Under the pieces are notes generated by a model. It saw nothing but the letters and a program-made list of their open reading frames with translations, did no database searches and was not told the DNA's origin. The position numbers and the translations under genes were made by a program. A stretch of DNA of 60,762 nt, counting the filler, from Candidatus Woesearchaeota archaeon (GTDB taxonomy: Archaea; Nanobdellota; Nanobdellia; Woesearchaeales; GCA-2685855): assembly GCA_002685855.1 (NCBI GenBank). It is 4 parts of 4 records of this genome, joined end to end, with 100 filler letters (N's around TTAATTAATTAA, not from the genome) between each part and the next. Parts side by side here need not be neighbours in the genome. Positions count along the whole stretch, not along the records: positions 9,146 to 17,007 come from NYYS01000008.1; positions 17,108 to 41,817 come from NYYS01000009.1; 2 more parts are not named here. One strand, written 5' to 3'. Of this stretch, positions 10,813 through 19,719 are shown one piece after another. Each line of letters opens with the position of its first letter. Within the stretch, counting starts at the first letter, position 1.

Positions 10813-11700
10813 TTAATCCCGTTTGGTAAATATCTTTACTGCCTCTGCAACAGCTTTTCCGACAGCATCTCTTTTTGATGAGTTGAGTGCATCATACTCT
10901 TCTTGTGTCCCCAGCTCTACATATATCGATATCTTGTCATTAGCATAGACATTTTTCATCTCATCTTCACCAGGTCTTAACTCTCCAACATAGATCTCCT
11001 CAAAGTATTCCTCATCAATCTCTCGCAACTCTAAAGCCAGGAGACATGCCAGGACCTGACTAGGTATGGGATTTTTCTTTGTGTAAAGGACAGTAATACC
11101 TTCTTCTTCTGAATAATCAAGATATGCTGCCAGGTCTGACCCCGCCACCATATTTCTTGTTTCGTGATCTGTTCGCTGCAAGTATTGCTCTGCTATTGTC
11201 GCCTCATTCTTCAAGTCGAGATCTTTGCCTATATGAACCTTCATTTCCTGATCCAGGCGGAGACCTGGACAACCTTCCTCTCCTTTTTCCTCAAACGTAA
11301 AACTGATCGAGTCTGCAATTTTTTGCATCTGAAAATAAATAGGTGTCATTGAGATATTTTCAACAGTAAAATCCTTATTATGCGGATAATAGACCTGGGA
11401 ACGTTCTGTCTTTGAATGAAAGGAACTATCTATTAAAGTGACAACACCCGGCTCAAAATCCACTCGAAAAAAGTGGTTTGTGCCTGTAAAGCCGTACTCA
11501 GTTGAAAAGTCTCCCTGTGCTGCCTCCATCAGGCCAAGCTGGTAGGCCAGATCCTTTGCATAGTAGGTTCTCCAATATGTCGTGTCCTCGATCTGGCCCT
11601 TCATATAGCCACCCATAGCTAGAAAGATAAGAACCACTGCCCCTATCTCAAAGAAGATACGTAGAATACCCTGTTCTTGGCCCTTTTTTCCTCGAAACAT
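10813..11700 (-). CDS. Pilin-like protein with class III signal peptide
   Basis: MFRGKKG|QEQGILRIFFEIGAVVLIFL; ATG at 11700 with TTTAAAA about 25 nt upstream. Confidence 0.72.
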   Translation of the reverse strand: MFRGKKGQEQGILRIFFEIGAVVLIFLAMGGYMKGQIEDTTYWRTYYAKDLAYQLGLMEAAQGDFSTEYGFTGTNHFFRVDFEPGVVTLIDSSFHSKTERSQVYYPHNKDFTVENISMTPIYFQMQKIADSISFTFEEKGEEGCPGLRLDQEMKVHIGKDLDLKNEATIAEQYLQRTDHETRNMVAGSDLAAYLDYSEEEGITVLYTKKNPIPSQVLACLLALELREIDEEYFEEIYVGELRPGEDEMKNVYANDKISIYVELGTQEEYDALNSSKRDAVGKAVAEAVKIFTKRD

Positions 11701-11741
11701 AGCCAATTTTAAGAGAACCTGTTTTAAATGTTTTGCGGGAA

Positions 11742-13160
11742 TCAGTCTTCTACCTGGCAGCCCTCTACAGGTTCGGTGTCAAATCCACAGGGATCGCGGT
11801 CCCAGATCCATTTCTTGATATAGTCCTTGCATTCGCACTTGTTACCATCACATTGCACACCAGACCAAAATTTCCACCAAGCTCCATCTCCTGCTTTAGG
11901 ACAGTCTCCACACACATAATCATCCCCATTATAGATAGGAACACACCTCTTCAAAACCTTATCATCTGACACTCCACAGCTATTCAGGACACAGTTGTTT
12001 TCATTATGATAAGCAGAACACTCATTCTTCTCTCTCACTCTAGCACAATCATCTATTTCAGTGTATGCATAGACCGGCTCAAACTCTTTAAATTCATTAT
12101 TTTCAGGTTTCGGCCCCTCACTATTGCAAAATCCTCTGCCATATTTCATTCCGCCGCAATTGCAGGGCTCATCCTCATAGAGAAGGTTTGCTCCTAATGG
12201 ACAATCCTCGATACGTCTTGGCTTGCAGATCTGTTCATCCTTAGTATAGACGCAGGCGATCTGGGTATCAACAGAATAGCCTTCACATTCCTCTTCCAAT
12301 GTAAGAACCGCATCATGATACTGGTCCGCACACCCACAGAGACTCGTATCAGGACATCGTTGAAGAAACTTCTTTCGTCTCTCTGTTTCATCAGAGACTT
12401 TATCAAAATAAATAAGATGCGTCTTTTTTCCTCCAATGTTTACAACCCTCTTATCAAGGTAAACATCCTGGAGTCCCCAATCACGTACGACGCTCAGAGT
12501 CCAATCTTTGCACCACTTATCTCCACCGATAATTGAAAGATAGCTATAAGGAAGAGCATCGATCACCGGATCAGGCTGATCAGGTGTGGTGTCTGTACGT
12601 TTTGCACCGGTGCTTCGGGCCTCTTCTGACAAATATATCTTTAACGTCCAGGTAAAATCTTTATCAACATCCCTATAATGACTTGCAAATTTTATTGATT
12701 CATCTTTAGCTATTGGAAACAGCTCACACAAAATGATATGCTTATCTCGTTCAGCCTCGTTTGAAAAAAAATCAGGGGATTCGTAGAGACAAAGACAGGC
12801 GACCTCTCCGCATTGTTTAGGCTTATATGCTTCTGAATTAATACATTGATCCATCTCAGGTTCTATCTTAAAATCTTTAAAAGGCCCTGAATCCCACCCT
12901 ACCACGATTCTATCGCCTGGAAGATGAAAGAGAAAATCAGTAGACACATAATCTTCATTCGACAGAAGAAGCAGCTCTACAGCATTTGCTAACAACTCCA
13001 TATTCACCCGGGAAGCATCATCAACACTATCCTCTGTGATTGTTTTAAACAGCTTGTTCCATACTGCAAAGGTTACGACAAGAATAATGGCTACGAGTAC
13101 AAGTCCGATCACAGCCTGAATGATTAAACTCTGTGCCCGTTTATTCAGGGAGAACCTCAT
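11742..13160 (-). CDS. Large Cys-rich pilin-like/adhesin protein
   Basis: MRFSLNKRA|QSLIIQAVIGLVLVAIIL; C-terminal half very Cys-rich. Confidence 0.75.
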   Translation of the reverse strand: MRFSLNKRAQSLIIQAVIGLVLVAIILVVTFAVWNKLFKTITEDSVDDASRVNMELLANAVELLLLSNEDYVSTDFLFHLPGDRIVVGWDSGPFKDFKIEPEMDQCINSEAYKPKQCGEVACLCLYESPDFFSNEAERDKHIILCELFPIAKDESIKFASHYRDVDKDFTWTLKIYLSEEARSTGAKRTDTTPDQPDPVIDALPYSYLSIIGGDKWCKDWTLSVVRDWGLQDVYLDKRVVNIGGKKTHLIYFDKVSDETERRKKFLQRCPDTSLCGCADQYHDAVLTLEEECEGYSVDTQIACVYTKDEQICKPRRIEDCPLGANLLYEDEPCNCGGMKYGRGFCNSEGPKPENNEFKEFEPVYAYTEIDDCARVREKNECSAYHNENNCVLNSCGVSDDKVLKRCVPIYNGDDYVCGDCPKAGDGAWWKFWSGVQCDGNKCECKDYIKKWIWDRDPCGFDTEPVEGCQVED

Positions 13161-13166
13161 GCATAT

Positions 13167-13784
13167 TTACTCCATTTTAACAGTAATATATTCTGCTTTG
13201 ACAATGCCCTGTGTATCCTGTCCCCAGAAGGAAACCTGGTAGAGTTTATTATCCTCGTGAAACGTGAACGATAGGTCGTTAAACTCTTCACCACAACCAT
13301 AAATCTCATAATCCTCTTTCATCTTGTGCTTTCCTTTGAGAAGTTCTATTTTGAGATTACAGTCAAAAAACTCATCTATTCCTTCAACCCGGATGCCATA
13401 CTCTCCCCCCTCCAGCTCTACTGTATCTTTTTCATCCTTCATAGTAAGAAGATTTTTTTCATCACCATCTCCTTTTATCAGTATCTCGATGCTTTCATCA
13501 GATTTTGAGGGACAACAGACCCCATCTATCGGATCCCCCCGATCAGAGGTACAAGCCGATTTTGCTCCGGGCACATCTTTTCCTCTTTCCTTGCAGAACT
13601 CTGAATTTGGCACACACGTTCCTCCTTTTGACTCACACTCACCAACAGAACTGGTTGTTCCTCTTACGAGGTCCATCACGTCAGTCTGCCAGAAGATAAC
13701 GGCTAATGCTGCTGCTATTCCAATAATAATAAGTATCATCATGTCGATTGCTATACCCTTTTTTGATCCTATGAGTTTTTTCAT
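13167..13784 (-). CDS. Pilin-like protein with six-Cys module and C-terminal beta-rich domain
   Basis: SKKG|IAIDMMILIII; C-x6-C-x6-C-x13-C-x11-CC. Confidence 0.78.
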   Translation of the reverse strand: MKKLIGSKKGIAIDMMILIIIGIAAALAVIFWQTDVMDLVRGTTSSVGECESKGGTCVPNSEFCKERGKDVPGAKSACTSDRGDPIDGVCCPSKSDESIEILIKGDGDEKNLLTMKDEKDTVELEGGEYGIRVEGIDEFFDCNLKIELLKGKHKMKEDYEIYGCGEEFNDLSFTFHEDNKLYQVSFWGQDTQGIVKAEYITVKME

Positions 13785-13807
13785 CCTATCACATCTTTTT
13801 ACATTGA

Positions 13808-14104
13808 CTATACCATTACCTCTTCAGGAACCACGCAGCAATAGGGTTCTTCCTTTGGACAGCTCCGATGTTTTCGCTCGCCGGTTTTTGGGTCTTTTAT
13901 CAGGATCTCTCCCAGCTTTGTATCACAACTTGATACACAGTCGCTTCCTAACACACCCTGACTGCAGTTCTCAATATATCCTTTGATGTCCTCTTCGATC
14001 GGGTCTTTAGTGTCGAAAAACAGGGCAAGCGCTGCCCAGACAAGTGCTACGGCAATAATAATTGCAATGAGTATTCCAATACTTACCTCTGCTTTTCTTA
14101 CCAT
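13808..14104 (-). CDS. Small pilin-like protein with six-Cys module
   Basis: MVRKA|EVSIGILIAIII; C-x8-C-x3-C-x21-C-x6-CC. Confidence 0.78.
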   Translation of the reverse strand: MVRKAEVSIGILIAIIIAVALVWAALALFFDTKDPIEEDIKGYIENCSQGVLGSDCVSSCDTKLGEILIKDPKTGERKHRSCPKEEPYCCVVPEEVMV

Positions 14105-14109
14105 TCATC

Positions 14110-16200
14110 TTACCTAATATTATTTCGAATACACTCGCAAGCATTACAATCATATCCTGATCCGCCGCATTCTCTGTTGCTCCAGTAGCCATTCTCTTTT
14201 TCACACTCTTCTTCATCCTCTAAATACTCATTTCCGCATACTGCAGAGGGCAAATTCTGTTCTTCAGGCACTCCATTTCCAAAGACGTCCTGGGGAAGTG
14301 CGCAGAGTTTCTGCCCGGATTCATAGTTGATTACTACATCTGCCATAAATGTTCCACGGGTTACATCTGAATAGCCTGCTGTTGAGTTAGGACAATCTCT
14401 GTCTGAATCAAATACACCATAATAGATGTCCATGCAAGCAAGCGTTCCTAAATAACAGTCAAGCGTAACAATATGATTATTTAGCCACCGATCAAAGGTG
14501 CCGAGTATTTTTACTGTGGGCGGGTCTATCTTCAGACTGGTTGAATCATGCTTCATACCATCATCAACATCGAGACAGAGATAGCTTGCTTTCTGTCCAT
14601 CACGTGATTTGAGCGTGCCAACACGTTCCTGTTCTCGTTCCCGTTCTTCATCGGCAATAAGAATCCAGGGAATTTGCACATTTGGGCATCCGGCCTTGTT
14701 GTCAAATTTGTAGGAAAGAAAATTATCACAGCCGCAGGGATCAAAATTGTTGCTGTCCTTGCAGACAAGTTCCACAGTTGTCTTAGTTCTTCCGAGTCGA
14801 ATAATTGCCTCAGGATCTCCGGTGTTGTCCTTTGCTGTGCAGGTAAGCGGCTTACACTTATCACGTTTAAAATAGCCATGATCCCAGTAGCAATCCATGC
14901 CCTGGCAGGTGCTGCTTGCTGCTTCACAGCTTTCTCCATCCTTAAAGTCGCTGCAACTCTCACAGGCCTGGCATTTTTTCTCTTTGTAGTTATAAGTACA
15001 CGTTCCTATGAGCTGATCACAGGGTGAAGGATAGGCACATTCCTCCATATTTCTGATCTGACTGCATTGGTCATACAAACAGAGATCTTCCGGAATCTCA
15101 GGAGGTGTCCAGCGAAGATAGGTACAGGAAGAAAAATCATCCGGGCTTCTGAACTGTTCAACAGAGGATTCCTTTCCAAAGCCTGTTCCTTTAAAGCAGA
15201 GTTTCGCTGTGTCTTCAGCAAGGGGAACAGGAGCATCAATCTTCAGATTCGGTTCGCAAGCATGCATGCTGTCTGCAACGCCATAGAAGAGCGTTCCACA
15301 CTCCTCTGTTCCATAGCTACACGAAACATCGCAGAACTCGCCACTTGTACTGAGAAGAATCTCAAATTCATCAAATCCGGGTCCACCGGGCCTGCCCGGC
15401 GGTGCAATCGAAAGAAAATTGGTTGTGCTTTCCAGGGCGGTTTCTCCTTTTTCATCCCAGACACGAAGATCGAGCTTGAAGAGTTCGCTATCTTTTGATC
15501 CATCTGTAACATGTTCCACACGAGGCACATAGTAGAGGATTTGTGCTTTCTCCTCACCCTCGCAGGGTTCGCGTGCAATCTGCACCTTTGCATTATCCTC
15601 GATCGTTTTTCGGGGTTGTTGATTGTCTAGAATATAGACACTACATTTCTTTCCCTCTCTTCCCTCTTCTACCCAGGCACGAAAGGCATAGAGCTGCCCA
15701 TAGGCCAAGGGAAGTTGAGCTGAGAGCGACAATTGTTTTACTTCATCGATCTTGTCCGGATCAGTATGAGGAGGAGTTCCTACAAACTTCCCATCCTTTG
15801 CATCATACCCGGGTTCCAGATCCCGAAAGGTGAGCATCTCAAAGTGCATCCCACCTTTCAAAAGGGGAGGACTATCTCCATCCCCCTCATCACCTGAATC
15901 ATCTCCCACATAGCCCGCACAGCAGACCAGATTTTCATCGTCATTATTGCACGTTGCTCCCGGAATCACATATTTCCCGCGAAGCTTGCAATCATCCTCT
16001 AGTTTACATACACCACTCCCCATAGGAAGCCCCAGGGTTGAACAGCTCGAGCCCACCTCTTTTAGGAGAACAAACTTGTCGCGAAGCGCAATTCCTATAA
16101 TAAAAAGAACTAACAATCCAATCACAAGCAAAACCATGGACCGTACAGCCACCCCCTTCTTTCCCCTTCCTCCTCTAAGAATCCTTTGATAGATGTTCAT
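14110..16200 (-). CDS. Large multi-domain Cys-rich pilin-like/adhesin protein
   Basis: Start moved to MNIYQR at 16200. RGKKG|VAVRSMVLLVIGLL, six-Cys module C-x11-C-x5-C-x12-C-x8-CC, further Cys-rich repeats, terminal VCGNEYLEDEEECE (DUF4215-like). Confidence 0.78.
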   Translation of the reverse strand: MNIYQRILRGGRGKKGVAVRSMVLLVIGLLVLFIIGIALRDKFVLLKEVGSSCSTLGLPMGSGVCKLEDDCKLRGKYVIPGATCNNDDENLVCCAGYVGDDSGDEGDGDSPPLLKGGMHFEMLTFRDLEPGYDAKDGKFVGTPPHTDPDKIDEVKQLSLSAQLPLAYGQLYAFRAWVEEGREGKKCSVYILDNQQPRKTIEDNAKVQIAREPCEGEEKAQILYYVPRVEHVTDGSKDSELFKLDLRVWDEKGETALESTTNFLSIAPPGRPGGPGFDEFEILLSTSGEFCDVSCSYGTEECGTLFYGVADSMHACEPNLKIDAPVPLAEDTAKLCFKGTGFGKESSVEQFRSPDDFSSCTYLRWTPPEIPEDLCLYDQCSQIRNMEECAYPSPCDQLIGTCTYNYKEKKCQACESCSDFKDGESCEAASSTCQGMDCYWDHGYFKRDKCKPLTCTAKDNTGDPEAIIRLGRTKTTVELVCKDSNNFDPCGCDNFLSYKFDNKAGCPNVQIPWILIADEEREREQERVGTLKSRDGQKASYLCLDVDDGMKHDSTSLKIDPPTVKILGTFDRWLNNHIVTLDCYLGTLACMDIYYGVFDSDRDCPNSTAGYSDVTRGTFMADVVINYESGQKLCALPQDVFGNGVPEEQNLPSAVCGNEYLEDEEECEKENGYWSNRECGGSGYDCNACECIRNNIR

Positions 16201-16208
16201 TCTAAAAC

Positions 16209-16466
16209 TCACGTAGTTGAGAGGAGCGGACAACAGACATCTTTGCTATTCTTACCGCAGATATCTTCCCCCTCAATGCCTTTGTCTTTACAATCACCGC
16301 TTGGAACACACTTCCCTCCTTTTGAGGGGCATTTTGTGCCTTCATTAAAGTTTGAAGCTCCGCCTGAAACCAAATAGATGATCACGACCAACACAAGAAT
16401 CCCTATAACAGCAATAATCAGAAAGTTCATGCCGATTTCTACGCCTTTTTTTGAGGAGGGAACCAT
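16209..16466 (-). CDS. Small pilin-like protein with six-Cys module
   Basis: SSKKG|VEIGMNFLIIAVIGILVLVVII; C-x6-C-x5-C-x10-C-x7-CC; GAGGT RBS. Confidence 0.82.
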   Translation of the reverse strand: MVPSSKKGVEIGMNFLIIAVIGILVLVVIIYLVSGGASNFNEGTKCPSKGGKCVPSGDCKDKGIEGEDICGKNSKDVCCPLLSTT

Positions 16467-16476
16467 ATTTCCGACC

Positions 16477-16728
16477 TCAATCCTTTGCTCCTAAAGGAAT
16501 GCAACAAGGATTCTCATTTTCACAGCCCTTTGTAATATCTTTGATATATCCAGAATCACACGTATCACCTTGGTCACAATCACCGCCTACACCCTGACAG
16601 TTGGTTCCTGTTGCAACATTTCCTCCTGCTCGAAGCAAAAGCACTGCTAAAATTACCAATACTAAGAGCGCAATCGCTGCAATAATAATTACATTCATAG
16701 AAATTCCTTGACCTTTCTTGTTCATCAT
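16477..16728 (-). CDS. Small pilin-like protein with six-Cys module; first gene, candidate major pilin
   Basis: MMNKKG|QGISMNVIIIAAIALLVLVIL; C-x6-C-x5-C-x11-C-x5-CC; GAGGTG RBS at 16737-16732. Confidence 0.85.
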   Translation of the reverse strand: MMNKKGQGISMNVIIIAAIALLVLVILAVLLLRAGGNVATGTNCQGVGGDCDQGDTCDSGYIKDITKGCENENPCCIPLGAKD

Positions 16729-16777
16729 CAGCACCTCACAAAGTATACTACCAATATGTTTTTTCTATTTAGCTTCC

Positions 16778-16785
16778 TATTTAAA
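16778..16785 (-). promoter_or_regulatory. TATA box of the pilin-like array
   Basis: Minus strand AAACC-TTTAAATA, same form as the proS promoter, about 50 nt upstream of the first gene. Confidence 0.55.
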
Positions 16786-16804
16786 GGTTTCTGTCGCCAG
16801 CCAC

Positions 16805-17007
16805 CTATTCTTCCAGAACAAGGGTATAAAGCTCTCTTTTCTCCCTTTTTTCATCAAAATCAATACATTCCACCTTCAGATCCTGCTTTCCCTCACTTCC
16901 CCTGATTTCTTCTGATTTATAGCTTCTCTGGACTGTTCTGCAGCGTTTCAAGCAGGGAGAGGACTTCATCTTCTCATCAGGTTCCCAGATTCCTGCTACC
17001 TCATTCC
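16805..17007 (-). CDS. C-terminal fragment of a hypothetical protein, truncated by the contig end
   Basis: Open minus frame NEVAGIWEPDEK...ELYTLVLEE* runs from the linker to the TAG at 16807-16805. Confidence 0.6.
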
Positions 17008-17107
17008 NNNNNNNNNNNNNNNNNNNNNNNNNNNNNNNNNNNNNNNNNNNNTTAATTAATTAANNNNNNNNNNNNNNNNNNNNNNNNNNNNNNNNNNNNN
17101 NNNNNNN
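17008..17107. other. Artificial contig linker
   Basis: N44-TTAATTAATTAA-N44. Confidence 0.98.
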
Positions 17108-17108
17108 T

Positions 17109-18671
17109 GAGTTCAATTTTAGTGTTGATAATACTGCTCCTCCGAACGCGACCTTTTTTAACGTGAGTGATGCGGCATCGTCTGGTAATGCGGAGCTTGT
17201 ATGGGTCGATTCAGTAGGAGAAGCCAATGAAGTCTACAGGGTCTACAGAGGTACAGGTGTTGGCGGAGACTTTAATGGCAGTAATTTCAGTACTCAGGCC
17301 TTCCTTGTAGCAACAGTGGGTCAGGGCGTGACTAATTGGACTGATAATAGTACTGTTGCAGGTCAGACCTACTGGTATGGTTTGTTGACAATCGATTCAA
17401 CAGGCAACTTTGATAACACAAGCTTTACAGGAACAAGAAGTGTTGTTGCCAACGATACACGTGCTCCGACGCTTCTTACCATTACTGTAACAAACAGGAG
17501 TGATGGAGCGAATCAGGTGAACTGGAGTGCAAGTGCGCGAGCCATGAAGGATGTAATAGGGTATGCTGATTGGAATCATAGTAATGTCACCTATATGGTG
17601 TGGAGAAGCACGACTAATTGGTCTCAGCTCAATTCGACTGTGGGTGACACTTCAAACTTTAGTGTGAACATTGGGAATGTGACAGGCAACACGCTCTGGT
17701 ATGTGGATGCCAGTCCGGGTCTTGCGAATGTTGTGAAGTATTATGCAGTCACCATGATAGATGATTCCAACAGAAGTAATCATAGTTTGAACCATAGTAA
17801 TACGATTGCTGCAACAAACAGGAACTGTAGTAATGTGTTCAACTACGGAAGCTATGGTGCGTGTTCAAACAGTTTGCAGTCTCAGACAGGAACTAGAACC
17901 TGTTACACAGACTCTACAACCTTGACAAACACAAGAAGTTGTACTTCAACATCCGTTGCAACCTCATCATCAGGCGGTGGTGGCGGAGGCGTCACTATTG
18001 AAGGAAGTGCAGGTCATGGGTGGAGTTCGGTCGCTGCTGGTGAGCCTGTGACATGGGCTATTTCAAACAGTAAACTTGACATAACTCAGATTGACTTTAC
18101 CTTAGCGACTGACTCGAGTGATGTTGACTTAACTGTTTCCAGTTACACAGGGAAGCCCGCTGCTGTTGTGAGTGAGCCGGTAAGCTTAGTATCGCAATAC
18201 CTACAGATTGAAACAGAGAATGTAGATGATCTTGAATCTGCTACACTAACGTTTACTGTTGCAGATAGTTGGCTAACAGAGAATAGTGTTACAAAGGACG
18301 ATATTACCTTGTGGCATTATGATGATGTGGCTGATACCTGGAGTGCAGAAGATACAAATCTGGTAAGTAGTGATGAAACGCTCCATTACTATGAAGCAAC
18401 TACTGATTCGTTTAGCTATTTCGCTATCGGTGTAAAGGCAGAAGAAGAGGCAGAGGCTGAAGAAGGAGAAGAAGCCGAAGAAGCCGAAGAGGCAGACGAT
18501 GTAGCCCCTGCAGAAACTCCCTCAACTCCGCCGACTACGCCAACGCCTGCTCCAGAAGGTGCGAGTAGCGCATGGGTATGGATCTTAGTGTTGGTTATCG
18601 TAGTGATCGGAGGCCTTGTCTACTACTTTGTTTACATGCGCCCAGGCGACAAGGGACCTGTTAAGTTTTAG
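17109..18671 (+). CDS. PGF-pre-PGF domain cell-surface glycoprotein, 5'-truncated
   Basis: Frame open from the contig start; many NxS/T sequons; FnIII-like segments; SSSGGGGGG linker; YYEATTDSFSYFAIG; acidic and Pro/Thr spacer; C-terminal TM. Confidence 0.85.
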   Translation, partial: EFNFSVDNTAPPNATFFNVSDAASSGNAELVWVDSVGEANEVYRVYRGTGVGGDFNGSNFSTQAFLVATVGQGVTNWTDNSTVAGQTYWYGLLTIDSTGNFDNTSFTGTRSVVANDTRAPTLLTITVTNRSDGANQVNWSASARAMKDVIGYADWNHSNVTYMVWRSTTNWSQLNSTVGDTSNFSVNIGNVTGNTLWYVDASPGLANVVKYYAVTMIDDSNRSNHSLNHSNTIAATNRNCSNVFNYGSYGACSNSLQSQTGTRTCYTDSTTLTNTRSCTSTSVATSSSGGGGGGVTIEGSAGHGWSSVAAGEPVTWAISNSKLDITQIDFTLATDSSDVDLTVSSYTGKPAAVVSEPVSLVSQYLQIETENVDDLESATLTFTVADSWLTENSVTKDDITLWHYDDVADTWSAEDTNLVSSDETLHYYEATTDSFSYFAIGVKAEEEAEAEEGEEAEEAEEADDVAPAETPSTPPTTPTPAPEGASSAWVWILVLVIVVIGGLVYYFVYMRPGDKGPVKF

Positions 18672-18695
18672 GGTTGAACCTAAAACCTTTTTTTT
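18665..18695 (+). terminator. Hairpin plus oligo-T terminator
   Basis: GTTTTAGG-GTTGAA-CCTAAAAC followed by a T run at the stop codon. Confidence 0.6.
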
Positions 18696-18836
18696 CTTTT
18701 ATTATCTTTTATTTTTAATATTTAGAAAGGACAATACAAATTTGATCTAGACATAAAGGTAGGAGTCTACTAAGCCCGGGATTCGTTCAGAAACGTATTT
18801 CAGAGAATTAAGAGAACAATGTGTTGCTCATACAAC

Positions 18837-19028
18837 TCAACAGGATTTCTTCTGAAAGAAATAAAGATACACAATAGGCAGTATGCCTGCCGAATTTATC
18901 ACAAACATTGCAATAAACCACTTTAACTGATTATTTCTTCCCGACTTCCACAATCCAATTCCCTTCCAGATAGCTGCCCAGATAATCAAGGGAATCAACC
19001 AAAGTAAGAGAGTAGTATCAGATGACAT
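18837..19028 (-). CDS. DUF5652-like small membrane protein
   Basis: IWKGIGLWKSGRNNQLKWFI...INSAGILPIVY; ATG at 19028. Confidence 0.8.
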   Translation of the reverse strand: MSSDTTLLLWLIPLIIWAAIWKGIGLWKSGRNNQLKWFIAMFVINSAGILPIVYLYFFQKKSC

Positions 19029-19131
19029 ACCTTTTTTAAAAGCCCTCAATTTATAAATATTCTGGTGAGATTCCTAAAAAACCCTGTGTAATCCGCAAAA
19101 AGTTCATTCTTTATAAACAAAAACCAGAACA

Positions 19132-19179
19132 TTTAAATACTGGTCGATGTTACGTCAACCATGTTGATCTAAAGTCAAC
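19132..19179 (+). promoter_or_regulatory. TATA box plus tandem palindromic operator of the grpE-dnaK-dnaJ operon
   Basis: TTTAAATA at 19132-19139, then GTCGAT-N5-GTCAAC (19143-19159) and GTTGAT-N5-GTCAAC (19163-19179). Confidence 0.65.
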
Positions 19180-19188
19180 GAAAAGAAG

Positions 19189-19719
19189 ATGAAAGAATCA
19201 CATAAACACCCCACACCTCCTTCCTCAAAGGAAGGCTCGAAAAAGCCTTCCAAAGAGGAATCCAAGCAGAAAAAGAGCAAAGAAGAGATCCTTAAAGAGC
19301 AAAATAAGGAGCTTACAGACCACCTTCAGCGACTCCAAGCAGAATTTGAAAACTCAAAAAAGAGAGCAGAAAAAGAAAAAGAAGGAGCTATCATCAAAGA
19401 AAAACACACCCTCCTCCTTCGATTCCTGCCTTTCCTGGACTCATTCGAAGAAGCGCTTAAAGCGCATCCAGATGAGATACCAGAAATACAACTCCTCTAC
19501 AAACAGATCAAACTCATCTTTGAGGAACTAGGTATTACATCCATCGAAGCCAAAGGAAAACACTTTAACCTACACTACCATGACGCTGTCCTCCAACAGC
19601 CATCAGACAAAGAACCAAACACAATAATTGAAGAGATCCAAAAAGGATATCTCCACCACAACATTGTATTGCGACACAGTAAGGTGATTGTTGCCAAACC
19701 ACAAGAACCAACAGAATGA
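19189..19719 (+). CDS. grpE: Nucleotide exchange factor GrpE
   Basis: LQRLQAEFENSKKR, FLPFLDSFE, HDAV, EEIQKGY...LRHSKVIV; lies upstream of dnaK. Confidence 0.93.
   Translation: MKESHKHPTPPSSKEGSKKPSKEESKQKKSKEEILKEQNKELTDHLQRLQAEFENSKKRAEKEKEGAIIKEKHTLLLRFLPFLDSFEEALKAHPDEIPEIQLLYKQIKLIFEELGITSIEAKGKHFNLHYHDAVLQQPSDKEPNTIIEEIQKGYLHHNIVLRHSKVIVAKPQEPTE

Noticed and set aside
16209..18671. Apparent clustering of the pilin array with the PGF-pre-PGF surface protein
   Set aside because: A contig linker separates them, so adjacency is not evidence.
18774..18785. GCCCGGGATTCG, resembling the reverse complement of a tRNA T-arm
   Set aside because: No GTTCGA loop or cloverleaf can be built around it.
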